DNA of 64,000 nucleotides from an uncultured Acidobacteriota bacterium (GTDB lineage Bacteria; Acidobacteriota; UBA6911; RPQK01; JAPXNP01): NCBI GenBank assembly GCA_963777605.1, contig CAVZRV010000030.1, positions 384,001 to 448,000 of the forward strand, read 5' to 3'. Shown piece by piece: positions 30,959 to 41,158 of this stretch (position 1 is its first letter; each line of letters starts with the position of its first letter). The notes under the pieces were generated by a model. It saw only the letters and a program-made list of their open reading frames with translations, ran no database searches and was not told where the DNA came from. The position numbers and the translations under genes were made by a program.

Positions 30959-31724
30959 TTACTTGAAACTATACTCTTTCCAGTAAGGGGGGTATTCAAG
31001 CGATAGTTGCTCGAGAAACTCCCAGGCAGTATCGTTCAGAAACCTGGAGTTCCTGTAGTAATCGTGTCCGATCCCGAAAACGGATCTCATGCTCACCGAA
31101 TAGCCCAGTTTTTGAAGCGATTCCTTCGTCTGTTCTGCTATAAGCGCGGCCGAGTCAAGACTGCCGGTGAGCAAGAGAATGGGAATATGCCGTTCTTGGG
31201 CATCCACCATTAAGTAGCCTTTCCCGAGTCGGAAGCCCTCCGCTTAACACCGTAACCGCAGCGAAGTATCCCGGCTCCAAGAGCCCCAAGACAAGTGCAA
31301 ACGTGCCCCCTCCCGAGTGCCCGAATAAGTACACTCGCCGACCGTCGATCGGCAACGACTCTTTGATTTCTTCAATCAGATCATAGAAGAACGGTGGGCC
31401 GTCAGCAGAGAGTTCCCAACTGCGAGAAGCTGAAGGCTCTGGACTCACCACGACCATGGGTATCTTGTCGGCAATGCCGGTCCACTTTTCAACCATCAGC
31501 TTGGAATGGGCTCGACTACCGGCCAAGGTGACAAGGAGTGGAACTGCTGTGTCTCGACCTTGCACCCCTTCAGGCACGTAGGCGAAGTACGAGCGGGTTG
31601 CTTCATCTGGATCGTCGATTGAGAGTCTTGCCACCTTGCCTTCCGGGAAAGCTTCCCCGGCAAGGAGTGCGCTGCAACTCCAAGAGAAAACACAAATGAA
31701 AGCGAATATCTTCGTTCTGATCAT
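30959..31724 (-). CDS. Secreted alpha/beta hydrolase (PHB depolymerase/esterase-like), one frameshift
   Basis: Signal peptide; IDGRRVYLFGHSGGG nucleophile motif; downstream G.LD and GIGH. Confidence 0.8.
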
Positions 31725-31853
31725 TCTTCTCCCGAGAACCGACACGGTCGCCACTTCACCTGACGGAGGGCCTAGACGAACACCGGGAATCTACCAACTG
31801 CAGCATCCTTTCCAAGACAGGCTCACAGCCGTCAAGTCAGCGCCACCTGAAAG

Positions 31854-32080
31854 TCATACGGTTCCTGCGGGTCCCGTCGTCGGTTCCCCGACGTCCTGCT
31901 GTTGAATGTACCCAGAAGTGACTTCCTCGGCACCTCCAACAGTCGAAACAAAGTACCCTCGGGCCCAGAAACGCGGAACAACTAAATTCCGGGCAATCTG
32001 ACTCGTGCTCTTCCCTTTTGATTTATCCGATGGCCCTCGCGCCAACGAACAGTTCGGCGGAATCGAGATCATATTACGCA
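31854..32080 (-). pseudogene. IS200/IS605 Y1 transposase remnant
   Basis: KGKS..IAR...FWARGYFVSTVG...YIQQQ. Confidence 0.7.
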
Positions 32081-32265
32081 CATCATCCGGGCTCAGGCCT
32101 TCCTCGCCTGTCTCGCCTCCTTGTGCCGCACAAAGTGACAAGCTATCGGCCCCGGTTCTTCGCACAACTCCGGCCTGCTTTCGCAGAGGGTCTTCGTGAT
32201 CAGACTCCCGCGAATGTCAAACTTCTGCTACCTCCTAGGATAAGCAGCGAGTTCGTCGTCTTTGT

Positions 32266-33195
32266 CTAGTATTGAATTTCACCGTTGAAAACCATCTCAT
32301 CTATCTTGAAGGTAGTCCGCAAAGATTTGTCACCCACCGGGACTTCGACAGTAATCTTTCCGGGAGAGAACGAATCCAGCGAGCGTCCAGCGATTTCTCG
32401 AGGGAAGATAAGGAGAACCCAGCGAATATCCTCAAAGTTGGGGAACTTTCCCGTGAACACAGTTGAGAATGAAGGGGGCGCAGTGTCGGCAGGTACCCGC
32501 CTGTCATCGCCTACCGCACTCTGCTTCTTCAGGATCTCAACGTCAATAACCGCGCGGTTGACACCTCGACCCGACCGAGAGTAATTCATCCGATTGAAAC
32601 CATACAGCATTGTCTTCGATCGGACGCCGGCACCAGTCTCGTTACGGAGAAAAGCTTCCTGGACAGGGGCGCCCCTGCCCGTTCGAATGACCTCCGGCAG
32701 ATGCGGTGACGAGATAAGAACCCGAATTGAATCCCGATCATTGAGGGTTGCGCCAAGATTCTCGAAGTGCTGCTTGAGCTCACGGTGTGCAGGAATGAGC
32801 ATCCGAAGGTCAGAGAAGTATTTCCCGAGATTCGTGAATTGCGTGAAGTCGATCTTTCTGTTGAGAATCACCTGAGCACGATCCAGCGCTTCAAGTACGG
32901 GCCTGGACAGCCAAAGGAAGTTGATATGAATCGGCTGGGATCGAACCTCCGCAGAGCGAAACGGTCGCCTCAACACGAGAATTCGCTGTAGTGATACCCA
33001 CGGGGATTCCAGGAGAAGCCATCCTACTGAATGCCTGCTCCACTCATCCGGAGGACGAGCCTCCCACTGCTCACTTTGGCGCACGCCCCCAACGACGAGA
33101 ATGCCCACGCAAGTTAAAACGCTCACCAACGCCAGAAAGCGTTGTCTATTGGATCGAAAACCGCTCATGGTCCGAAGGAAGGTTGCGTTTCTCAC
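32266..33195 (-). CDS. Hypothetical exported protein (start may be ~33168)
   Basis: 309-aa ORF with N-terminal hydrophobic segment; WEARPPDEWS...LLESPW; ends FKIDEMVFNGEIQY. Confidence 0.6.
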   Translation of the reverse strand: MRNATFLRTMSGFRSNRQRFLALVSVLTCVGILVVGGVRQSEQWEARPPDEWSRHSVGWLLLESPWVSLQRILVLRRPFRSAEVRSQPIHINFLWLSRPVLEALDRAQVILNRKIDFTQFTNLGKYFSDLRMLIPAHRELKQHFENLGATLNDRDSIRVLISSPHLPEVIRTGRGAPVQEAFLRNETGAGVRSKTMLYGFNRMNYSRSGRGVNRAVIDVEILKKQSAVGDDRRVPADTAPPSFSTVFTGKFPNFEDIRWVLLIFPREIAGRSLDSFSPGKITVEVPVGDKSLRTTFKIDEMVFNGEIQY

Positions 33196-33610
33196 CAGAC
33201 TACAACGTCCATGATAGATTTAGACAAAGCTAAGGACGTATGATTGATTATCGATGAACTCATACTTCATGTCAAGAACGCCATCACAGTCTGTCTGTGC
33301 CGTCGGCCCAGAAGAGCACATTTCCATATTCTATAGAATTATACGATCTGTACATCAGGACGTATCGAAGGTCCACCGATAGAGGAGACTTCCCAGGGAG
33401 CCTCCTCTGAAACTCAACTGAGCCCACATCTACGGACCTGCAACAGAGAGCGTAGCCGTTATGGAACTCTCCTTAGCACGGTCCTTGTACAGTTTAGCCT
33501 AGTCTTCATTAAAGCCGACTGAAGTTCATCACTCTCTTCAGTTTCACGTCATCTTATGGCAGCATATTATCTGGGGCCGGCTCAAAGGATCGCATTCAGG
33601 AGCAGACTCT

Positions 33611-34824
33611 TCACTGTGCCAAGAATACGTCATATGAGTTCTCGACCAGTCGGAATGATGTGTACTTTGCTGCGAAATCGGAAGAGGTTGCCGTATTGGT
33701 CTTGCTTCAAGCTCGCTTTGTACTGGAGTTCTATAGCGTCAATTCCGACTTCGGAGAGAAATAGCAACTCGTCAGGATCAGCGAGGCCATCATGGCTATA
33801 GTCCATCCAGATCTGCAAGAAATGAAACACCGAATCTTGAGCATCAATCAAACCATCAGCGTTGCCGCCATTTTCAGGAGAATCATAGAACGCTAGAGCA
33901 GCATAGCCGTTCTTGTTCTCGCCGAGGCACTCAGGCGACCGGTTGCCGAAGAGCTCAGTCCCATCGTTGATGGTCCCGTCTTGGTCACGGTCCATCACGA
34001 GGAAACCATCATTTGAATCACTCCTTGTCCAACTCAACTGCTCAGTCTCGCCGTCCGCGTTGAGATCGAACTGGACGCCCTCTTCTATGCTTGTCAATTT
34101 GAGAGATCCAGTTTCAAGGCTTATGATTATCGGGCAATCATGACACTCGCAGTCAGGCTCACCAAACCAAATTCCGCCGAACGCAATACAATCCACCTCT
34201 CCAGATCCTGGGCATACACAGTTGCTGTCGTTGTAATCATTGTCACAATCTGAATCAACGTAGTCATTACAGGTCTCAGTGGCCCCAGGATGGATATTAG
34301 GATTTGTATCATCGCAGTCGTCACAATTTATCATACAGTAGTCTGTGCCCTTTTCCCAATACAGGTCTCCATCTGAATCCGGCGGGCACGCCATTTTGGA
34401 GAGGGAGTTGGAGTCTGAAGCCAATATACCGCAGCTACAATCTCCGTTCTCGTCGACTGGCAGCCCTCGGCGCTCCATCCGAAGCTGAAGTAGCCCGAGT
34501 AGGTGTGGTCCCAATCAGGGAACGATGGCGCACACTGTTTCATTACGTTGTTGACGATCTTGCATTCTCCCTGACCCTGGAGAGTGCTCTGGTACGTCCC
34601 ACCATTCGGCTTCTCCGGATCCCAAGGATACGTCGGAACGACCGTCCATAACATAGTCTTCTGAACACTGAAAGTCTGTTCCTGGCTACAGGACGGAGGA
34701 CCGTCGCCAGTCATTTCGGGCTTCAATCGGGAGCGGTCCGCGCCAAAGCCCGGGGAAGTGCTGAAAACAAGGGCAGCAAGGATTCCGACGAGATACTCAG
34801 AGAATGTATTGATTTGAATCTCAT
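33611..34824 (-). CDS. Secreted Cys-rich metal/Ca-binding protein (frameshifted)
   Basis: AAAGGAG RBS; DCDDTNPNIHPGATETCN..DSDCD (MopE-type metal-binding repeat); GVQFDLNADG, DRDQDGTI.DGTELFG, GGNADGLIDAQD DxDxDG loops. Confidence 0.7.
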
Positions 34825-35529
34825 TGCTTGTTTCTCCTTTTTGTAGTGTTGCCAGGTGATTCTGAATGTCTCGTTGGTGTGAATAAATTATTAACAAGTC
34901 CTGAAAGAACCCGACGATGACTCGCGGTCTAACTTGAGCGTTTCGAAACTCGGCTGAGCACCGTTCAAAGTCCAGAGCCGACTGGTCAAGCGCCCTCGGT
35001 GAATTGACGTCGGGATGGCTTCAGGCCTCTGGTGGCCACGATCGACAGTGGCGGGCGCGGAGGTGATGTTTTCGACCATGCTTCGTGGGAAGAACGGATT
35101 CCAGGGGATAATTCTTTGCGATCGATACCGGACGTAACACCGTTCATGGAGCTGAAAGAGTCGGGACGTAGAAGCATTATCGACAAACCATGAGAGCCGA
35201 CCGGGTGGATGCGCGAACAGTCAGCAGGGCCGCAAAGAGGTGGAGCAGATCTTCGGTTGGCTGAACAAAGCCGTGTCGGTCCCTGAGGTTCGGACCCAGG
35301 GGCTGAAATGAGGTCAGTTCGACAATTCGGTTTCGGACGGGGGTCTGCAAGCCGAACTGAACGAATATTCCGGGGGCCATGGATGCTTGAGAGGGCCAGA
35401 CCGCAAGATAGACAGTAGATTTGGGCAACGAATCGAACAGACGCCGACCTCGAGTTGTACCTTGTCCCGGTGATATTCTTCGTTACTCTCTGGGTGACGC
35501 AATCAAGATCGAGACGAGTTGGCGGCTCA

Positions 35530-35843
35530 ACGGCAGCATTCTTGATCGGTCTGACGGAAGAGCGACGAGTGTTCAGTCCGGAGTGTCCTCTTCCAATCGC
35601 TCCTTCGCGGATCTCTCGAAGGTCGGGAGTCTTCAACCGGGCTTGTTTACCCGAGGCACGAAGCGTAAATGCTTCCGCCACTTTGGTGCCATCAAAGTGT
35701 CCTGTGACCTCGAATCTCCCGAGCTGGGAAACCGCAACCGCTCCGCCGTAGCGCTCCAGAATCTGGTCGGCAACCGACTGGGCCGGAAGGAGGGTGGTGA
35801 GAAGAAACAAGGCGGGAAGCACAAGGACTGGCTTCACTTTCAT
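35530..35843 (-). pseudogene. Truncated paralog of the 2737-3432 gene
   Basis: First ~100 codons align (MKVKPVLVLPALFLLTTLLPAQSVADQILERYGG...), then homology ends. Confidence 0.8.
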
Positions 35844-35932
35844 GGCAGGCTCTCCCGATGGAATGTTCCGGTTTGTGGAAACCCTTCGCTCAATCGGGAT
35901 CTACCATGTTGTGGCTCTTGCCCGGTAAGATT

Positions 35933-35980
35933 TTCATAATGTCCGAACACTCCAAGCCCAATCTGTTCGGAATATCCGAA
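35933..35980. promoter_or_regulatory. Tandem operator 4
   Basis: TTCAT-AATGT-CCGAA (35933) and TTCGG-AATAT-CCGAA (35966); TAGATC on minus strand 29 nt away. Confidence 0.75.
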
Positions 35981-36076
35981 CACCGTGCCGATATCGTCAA
36001 TTTGCAGCCTGAACTTGCTGCGTGACTCGAGACAGAACCCTTTCAAAGACAAACGCCGGAGCGGTTTTCAAGGGCC

Positions 36077-36105
36077 TTGACAGTGTCGGAAAGCGGCGCT
36101 AACGT
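36077..36105 (+). promoter_or_regulatory. Sigma70-type promoter of XRE copy 3
   Basis: TTGACA-N17-TAACGT. Confidence 0.75.
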
Positions 36106-36137
36106 GGCGCGCAAACAGCTGAAGAGGAGAGAAGACC

Positions 36138-36716
36138 ATGCTTTGCGGGCAATCGGTGAATGATTTCGTCAGGCAGCGGCTTCGACGACTGCGGCTTTCC
36201 AAGAATGTCGGCGTCAGAGAGATCGCTGAGCGCATCGGCATGCCGAGCAGTTCCTATGCGTCGATGGAAGCCGGTGCCTACCGACTGAACCTGGAGTCCT
36301 TGTTCCGGGTGCTGGCGGCACTCGAGGCTGATATCTCGGCGGTCTGGCCGACAGAAGCTTCCGGAGCCCGCGCTGAGGACAGCGAACTCCTCTACCAGCG
36401 ACGGCTCCAGGAATTTCGGTTGGGTGAAGTGATCCGACTGTCCCAGGCTGAGGGAGGCGCGCTGTTCGAGGCCCGTGGTCGGTCCTGCCGGATCGTGATG
36501 TATCAGAACCTGAGCGATTTCCTGCTCGATCGATGCCTCGTTCGCCTGGAAAACGGAGATCCGCCCAACCAGGGCCTGTGGTGGCACCAGGATTTCCTCG
36601 GCACCACCTACCATTTCTTCCTCAAGGCGGAAGGGTGTCCGAGTTTCGTGGAGAAGCTGGTTCAGCACTACCTGGTCAACTGGTGCGCGCTGTTTGCGGA
36701 AGAATCAGGCGACTAG
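36138..36716 (+). CDS. XRE-family regulator copy 3 (192 aa)
   Basis: Intact paralog of 1874-2452; AGGAG RBS. Confidence 0.88.
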   Translation: MLCGQSVNDFVRQRLRRLRLSKNVGVREIAERIGMPSSSYASMEAGAYRLNLESLFRVLAALEADISAVWPTEASGARAEDSELLYQRRLQEFRLGEVIRLSQAEGGALFEARGRSCRIVMYQNLSDFLLDRCLVRLENGDPPNQGLWWHQDFLGTTYHFFLKAEGCPSFVEKLVQHYLVNWCALFAEESGD

Positions 36717-37127
36717 CGCCCGGACCAGCCTCAGCTCCAGTGCGGAGAGCACCCGGATGTCGTTGAGACTGGCCGAGAGCTTGCTCTTCCAGGACATCAC
36801 CCAGTAGGTGAGGTAAAAGGCGGCAACCAGCCCATAGGATTTCAATCCCAGGTTCCGTGTCCGGATGAGTCCGAGGACGTCTGCCCGCAGCGAGCGGGAA
36901 TACTCCGTGAAGAGAAACTTTCCTTTGCCCGATTTTGTCATCAGGTACTGCGTGTCGGGCGCATCCAGCATGATCAGGATCACTTCCAGGTTGAGGTTGG
37001 CCTCGCTGAGTTTCTCGCGGTCCGATTCCCGGATCTCGATCCGAGCCAGGTGGTAATAGGCCGCAACGACGGCCACGCAGGCGACCAGTCCCAGGAAGTA
37101 GATTTCAATGTAGTCATCGAATCTCAT
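36705..37127 (-). CDS. 140-aa membrane-anchored protein, copy 3
   Basis: Paralog of 1463-1885. Confidence 0.85.
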   Translation of the reverse strand: MRFDDYIEIYFLGLVACVAVVAAYYHLARIEIRESDREKLSEANLNLEVILIMLDAPDTQYLMTKSGKGKFLFTEYSRSLRADVLGLIRTRNLGLKSYGLVAAFYLTYWVMSWKSKLSASLNDIRVLSALELRLVRALVA

Positions 37128-37864
37128 TGGCTGGATGGCCTCTCATAGAGAAGGTGCAGCATCAAACGGACACTCCGCTGCAATCCCAGGTTCAGCGTGC
37201 GCTGTTCCGCCGACGCACTTGCCGGCGCGTAGTTCCAGAGTCCCGCGGTAAAGATCACCAGGGCAACACCGTAGATCGCCGGGACTCCGAACTGGAAGAC
37301 CTCAAATCCGATTCGGTCCTGGAAATAGCTCACGAAATTCAACGACTGGCAGCTGACCATCAGGGTCATCCCGCCCAGAATCGCCTTGAGATTCTTTCCC
37401 GGGTCGATGTCTCGCCGCTCCAGCAGGTAGACGTAAATCAGCAAAGTCAGGACCATCTGAAAAACAAGACTGATCGCCTCTACCCGATCATAGCCGTAGA
37501 CCGGCAGGAACCCCAGGAAAACGAACACGGGTAGCCCGACCAGGATCGAAAGCACGGTGAGGACACTGGTCGCGTGGGGCGACTCGCCACCGACCCTGAA
37601 GTTCCGTCGGGCCAGATCAACGAGCACCCAGATCTGCAGTGCCGGTGTCAGAGTCGAGTAGGTGTAGTAGTGAACCCGGTACACCGACGACTCAATTCCA
37701 AAGTGCAAGATGATCCAATCCCCGATCCATACTGCAAGTGCCTCGAACACGAGATAACCGAAAAACACGCGGTAATGGGACATCAGTCGCTTCTTCATCA
37801 ACCGAACGACCAGGACCACCAGTAGTGCCGAGTTGACATACATCGGAATCTCAGCTGGCGACAT
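37124..37864 (-). CDS. 7-TM membrane protein, module copy 3
   Basis: Paralog of 726-1466, same length. Confidence 0.85.
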   Translation of the reverse strand: MSPAEIPMYVNSALLVVLVVRLMKKRLMSHYRVFFGYLVFEALAVWIGDWIILHFGIESSVYRVHYYTYSTLTPALQIWVLVDLARRNFRVGGESPHATSVLTVLSILVGLPVFVFLGFLPVYGYDRVEAISLVFQMVLTLLIYVYLLERRDIDPGKNLKAILGGMTLMVSCQSLNFVSYFQDRIGFEVFQFGVPAIYGVALVIFTAGLWNYAPASASAEQRTLNLGLQRSVRLMLHLLYERPSSQ

Positions 37865-37924
37865 TCCTTGAAGTCTATTCGCGATCTTAAGCCTAGATCA
37901 AGAACTCCCGTCTCGTCACCCCTT

Positions 37925-37972
37925 TTCGGAATACCCGAACACTTGTGCCCGCAAGTGTTCGGCCCTTCTGAA
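37925..37972. promoter_or_regulatory. Tandem operator 5 in the divergent 7-TM/peptide promoter
   Basis: TTCGG-AATAC-CCGAA (37925) and TTCGG-CCCTT-CTGAA (37958); TAGGCT (minus) and TAGTCT (plus) each 29 nt away. Confidence 0.8.
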
Positions 37973-38040
37973 AATTTTTGGTCCCAAGAGCATGCCGGAT
38001 CTAGTCTGCGCGGGTCCGATGGACAGGAAGGGAGCAGGAG

Positions 38041-38208
38041 ATGGTTGAATGGATTTTGGTTGCGACTTTGACGGCCCTATCGTTTGTAGCACTGACAGAC
38101 ACGCAGACCGGCTCTGGAACGGAGAGCCAGGACCCGATTGTACAGACCGAGGACTGCTGTCCGGGTCCTCCTCCGCCTCCCCCTCCGTGCCGCGACGGCA
38201 ACTGCTGA
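38041..38208 (+). CDS. Small secreted Cys/Pro-rich peptide (55 aa, ...EDCCPGPPPPPPPCRDGNC), module copy 3
   Basis: GGAGCAGGAG RBS; paralog of 384-548; below the ORF-track size cutoff. Confidence 0.8.
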   Translation: MVEWILVATLTALSFVALTDTQTGSGTESQDPIVQTEDCCPGPPPPPPPCRDGNC

Positions 38209-38662
38209 ACCCACCAGGGGCAATTCAGCCTGAGGTCAACACGGCGGGAGTAACCAGCACCAGGCAAGCAGGAGACTGGGCAAAAAGGGTCCAGAACAGC
38301 CAGCTCGTGATGATTGCCTAAGAACGGTGTGGGTCGTCTGAGGATCCAGATTCGGGAGGACCCACCAGAGACACGCAGCCTCCCCGCGAGGTCTGGGCGG
38401 TGCGCAATGGCTGCGCATCCCATTGTGGGACGACCTGGAGAATCTCGCCGGTCTCCTGCAGCGCCACTGCTGTTGGGATGCGGCAGTGTGCCGGCCGTTG
38501 TCATCAAAGGTTACGATCAGAAGATCCCTTTTCGCGATGTTCTCTTTCGAAGGCCAGCTCAAACGGCATCTTCTGCCCAAGAGACTCCGCATCGCTCGGC
38601 CTTATAGGGTTCCATGTGTTGGACTACTCTCTGAGCGGTTGTCCGGTGACAAATCCCAAAAA

Positions 38663-38713
38663 TGGACATCTGTGTCAACTAGCCCCGCCCGGATTCGTGG
38701 ACATCAGTGTCCA
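38663..38713. promoter_or_regulatory. Pair of palindromic sites upstream of the integrase
   Basis: TGGACA-TCTG-TGTCAA (38663) and TGGACA-TCAG-TGTCCA (38698). Confidence 0.5.
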
Positions 38714-38756
38714 TGCACCGGAACACATTTAACTCTCCAGGTGTTCCCTTGGGGCC

Positions 38757-40034
38757 ATGACAGCCGTCTATGCAGCCAACGGGAAACGAGATTTTCATGA
38801 ATTCGAGCGCATGTTCGATGGGCGGATCGAGCAGCTTCAACAGGCCACCTGGGAATTTGACGAAAACCGACGGCTGGTGCTTCGTTACATCGCCGAGTGT
38901 CGACACGGCATGGTGAAAAGCGGGGGTCGCAACCGGCGGGTGGCAAAATCGACCCTCTACCGGATTGTCGGGATCCTGGAACTCCTGAGCGAGTCCTGGA
39001 TCAGGAAGCCTTTTCCCCAGTGCACGGCGGAGGATTGGCGCAATTTCTACATCCGCATGGAGGACGGAGAGATTCTGAGCCAGTCCGGCAAGCCGTTTCT
39101 GCAGAGTTCCCGGGCCAAGAACTACAAGACGGTCCAGAAGTTCCTCCGATGGATGGGTCAGGAAGAGTTCTGTGACAACTGGGATACCCGGGAGGAGTCC
39201 CGCACCAAACAGATCGTCACTCGGAAGGAAGTCGAGCAAATGGCCGAAGCCTCCACTCCCGCGATCCGTTGCTTCCTCTGGATCCTCTTCGACGGAGGCT
39301 TCCGCGCCGAGGAATTCGCCAATCTTCGCTGGATGGACCTGAAGAAGCACGAGGGAAAAGGATATTACCAGGCCCAAGTCCGCGCCGAGACCTCCAAAAC
39401 GAAGAAAGGACGGGTCGTCAGTCTCTGGCTGGCCACCGACAGCATCGATCGCCTCCGCCGGGAATGTGAGCGCACTGGTGAATTCGAGCCATCCCAGTTC
39501 CTGTATACCGGCAAGTACCACTCCCTGTTGAAGACGGTCAAGCGGCTCGGCCGACGGGTCTTGAATCGGGAAATTTCGCCCCACGTGTTGCGGCACAGCA
39601 GCGCCAGCTACTATGCCAACATCATCAAGACCTACCAGAATTTCTGCTTCCGCTACGGCTGGTCGCTCAAAAGCGGAATCGCCCAGCGCTACTGGCATCC
39701 CACGACCGACGACGAGATCGCCGACCAGGCCCAGGAACATGAAATCGGGCGCTTCCGAAACGACTTCGAGCGCATGAAAATCGAACGAGGAGCCCTCTCC
39801 GAGGAAGTCGAGCGCCTCCGCCACGAACTCGAACAATTCAAGTCCGCCGTGTTCGACCACTTCATAAAGTCGGGCAAAGCCGATCGGCTACATGACCAAA
39901 TCATGCAGCACAATGACGTTGGATTCAGACAACCTCAAGAACAGACGAGTGGAGAGACAGAGGTACCGACCGCATCGGTTCCGGATCAGACTGAAGCAGG
40001 ATCCCTTCGTCGATTTTCTCGGAAATCTGACTGA
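38757..40034 (+). CDS. Tyrosine recombinase/integrase
   Basis: GFRAEEF (R), SKTKKGR (K), HVLRHS (HxxR), RYGW...QRY (W, Y); C-terminal coiled coil. Confidence 0.9.
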   Translation: MTAVYAANGKRDFHEFERMFDGRIEQLQQATWEFDENRRLVLRYIAECRHGMVKSGGRNRRVAKSTLYRIVGILELLSESWIRKPFPQCTAEDWRNFYIRMEDGEILSQSGKPFLQSSRAKNYKTVQKFLRWMGQEEFCDNWDTREESRTKQIVTRKEVEQMAEASTPAIRCFLWILFDGGFRAEEFANLRWMDLKKHEGKGYYQAQVRAETSKTKKGRVVSLWLATDSIDRLRRECERTGEFEPSQFLYTGKYHSLLKTVKRLGRRVLNREISPHVLRHSSASYYANIIKTYQNFCFRYGWSLKSGIAQRYWHPTTDDEIADQAQEHEIGRFRNDFERMKIERGALSEEVERLRHELEQFKSAVFDHFIKSGKADRLHDQIMQHNDVGFRQPQEQTSGETEVPTASVPDQTEAGSLRRFSRKSD

Positions 40035-40676
40035 CCCGGCGCCGCTCTTCCGAGCATCACATGCTCATCTGGAAGTACGGGAATCCGGTCCCGAACTCGG
40101 AATGGGGCCTCTTCTCTGTTTCAGGTGAGCCCCGACCCGCGACTTCGCGGATCCTTCAGAGAGTGAAACTGCCCCTGGCGCCTTGGTTTCAGGGGGCCGT
40201 ATCAAAATTCGAAATTGGCCTTCTACGGCGACCACAGCTTGGGCAGAGTCTTACTCAAGATACAAAATGTAGTATCAGTTTCGGACCTTAAGCGACTTTT
40301 GATGCGGCCCCTCTGTGGTCCCGGCAAGGCGATCGCGGCCTGTAAGGTCGCGCCGATTCTTCACGTCCGGAGAGCTGTGCCGCCCTTTCAGGGCTGGATT
40401 CTTGATGGGGGAACCGTAAACCCAGGCAAATGCCTGGGCTGGAAACAGGCCCCCTTCAGGGGCCAGCCCGGCGCCGATCCCGTGATCATCACTCATCCAC
40501 GGCTGGCACGTGACCAGAGGAACCAGGATCCAGCCGATATTCGCGTCCCTGGCTCTCCACCGATCGCCTCAATCCCCATCCAAACGCGTCCAACTCATCC
40601 AGGATTTCCAGTTCATCCAAATTGAAGTTTCAGGTGAGACGATCCACCAGGGGCGCACGCCCGCGGGCGGGGGTCG

Positions 40677-41158
40677 TCAATTGACTTTAGGCCACTCCCT
40701 TTCGGGCTCCTTCACCTCGATCTTTGGCGTCTTCTCGAGTTCGTTCTCGGGCACGATCGTGATCCGCATCCCCCATCCGGCAAACACTGAAAGGACTTTT
40801 CCGAAGTCCCGCATGGTCAATTCGGTGTCGTCGATATAGACAATGGTCTCACCGAATTCATTGTCTGAGATCTCGCATCTCAGGACCTCGCCGCGGGCTA
40901 TCCAATACCCTCCCTCATAGAACCACCGGAGCTGTGGCTTCCCCGGGGAATCTCAACGGCGACATGCTCATAACTGGCGACCATCTCGGCCTGGGTCTCC
41001 AGGATCTCATTGTGCAAACTCAGGATCTCTTCGTCCGTCATCTCCTGAACTTCCGGGCCAATCTGGAGGTTGACGCCACTCACACCGGGTTCGAGGTAGT
41101 CAATGACGGCGTATTCCCCATCACGTTTGATTGTTATCTGGTTCGAGTGTGGCGACAT
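40677..41158 (-). CDS. Conserved acidic hypothetical protein (one frameshift near 40945)
   Basis: ITIKRDGEYAVIDY...AVEIP then PQLRW...W.ARGEVLRCEI...IDDTEL..FG..L..FAGWGMRI. Confidence 0.6.

Noticed and set aside
34986-35530. C-terminal part of the 285-aa ORF 34986-35843 as a real protein
   Set aside because: Similarity to the 2737-3432 paralog ends near 35530 and the remainder reads as non-coding run-on.
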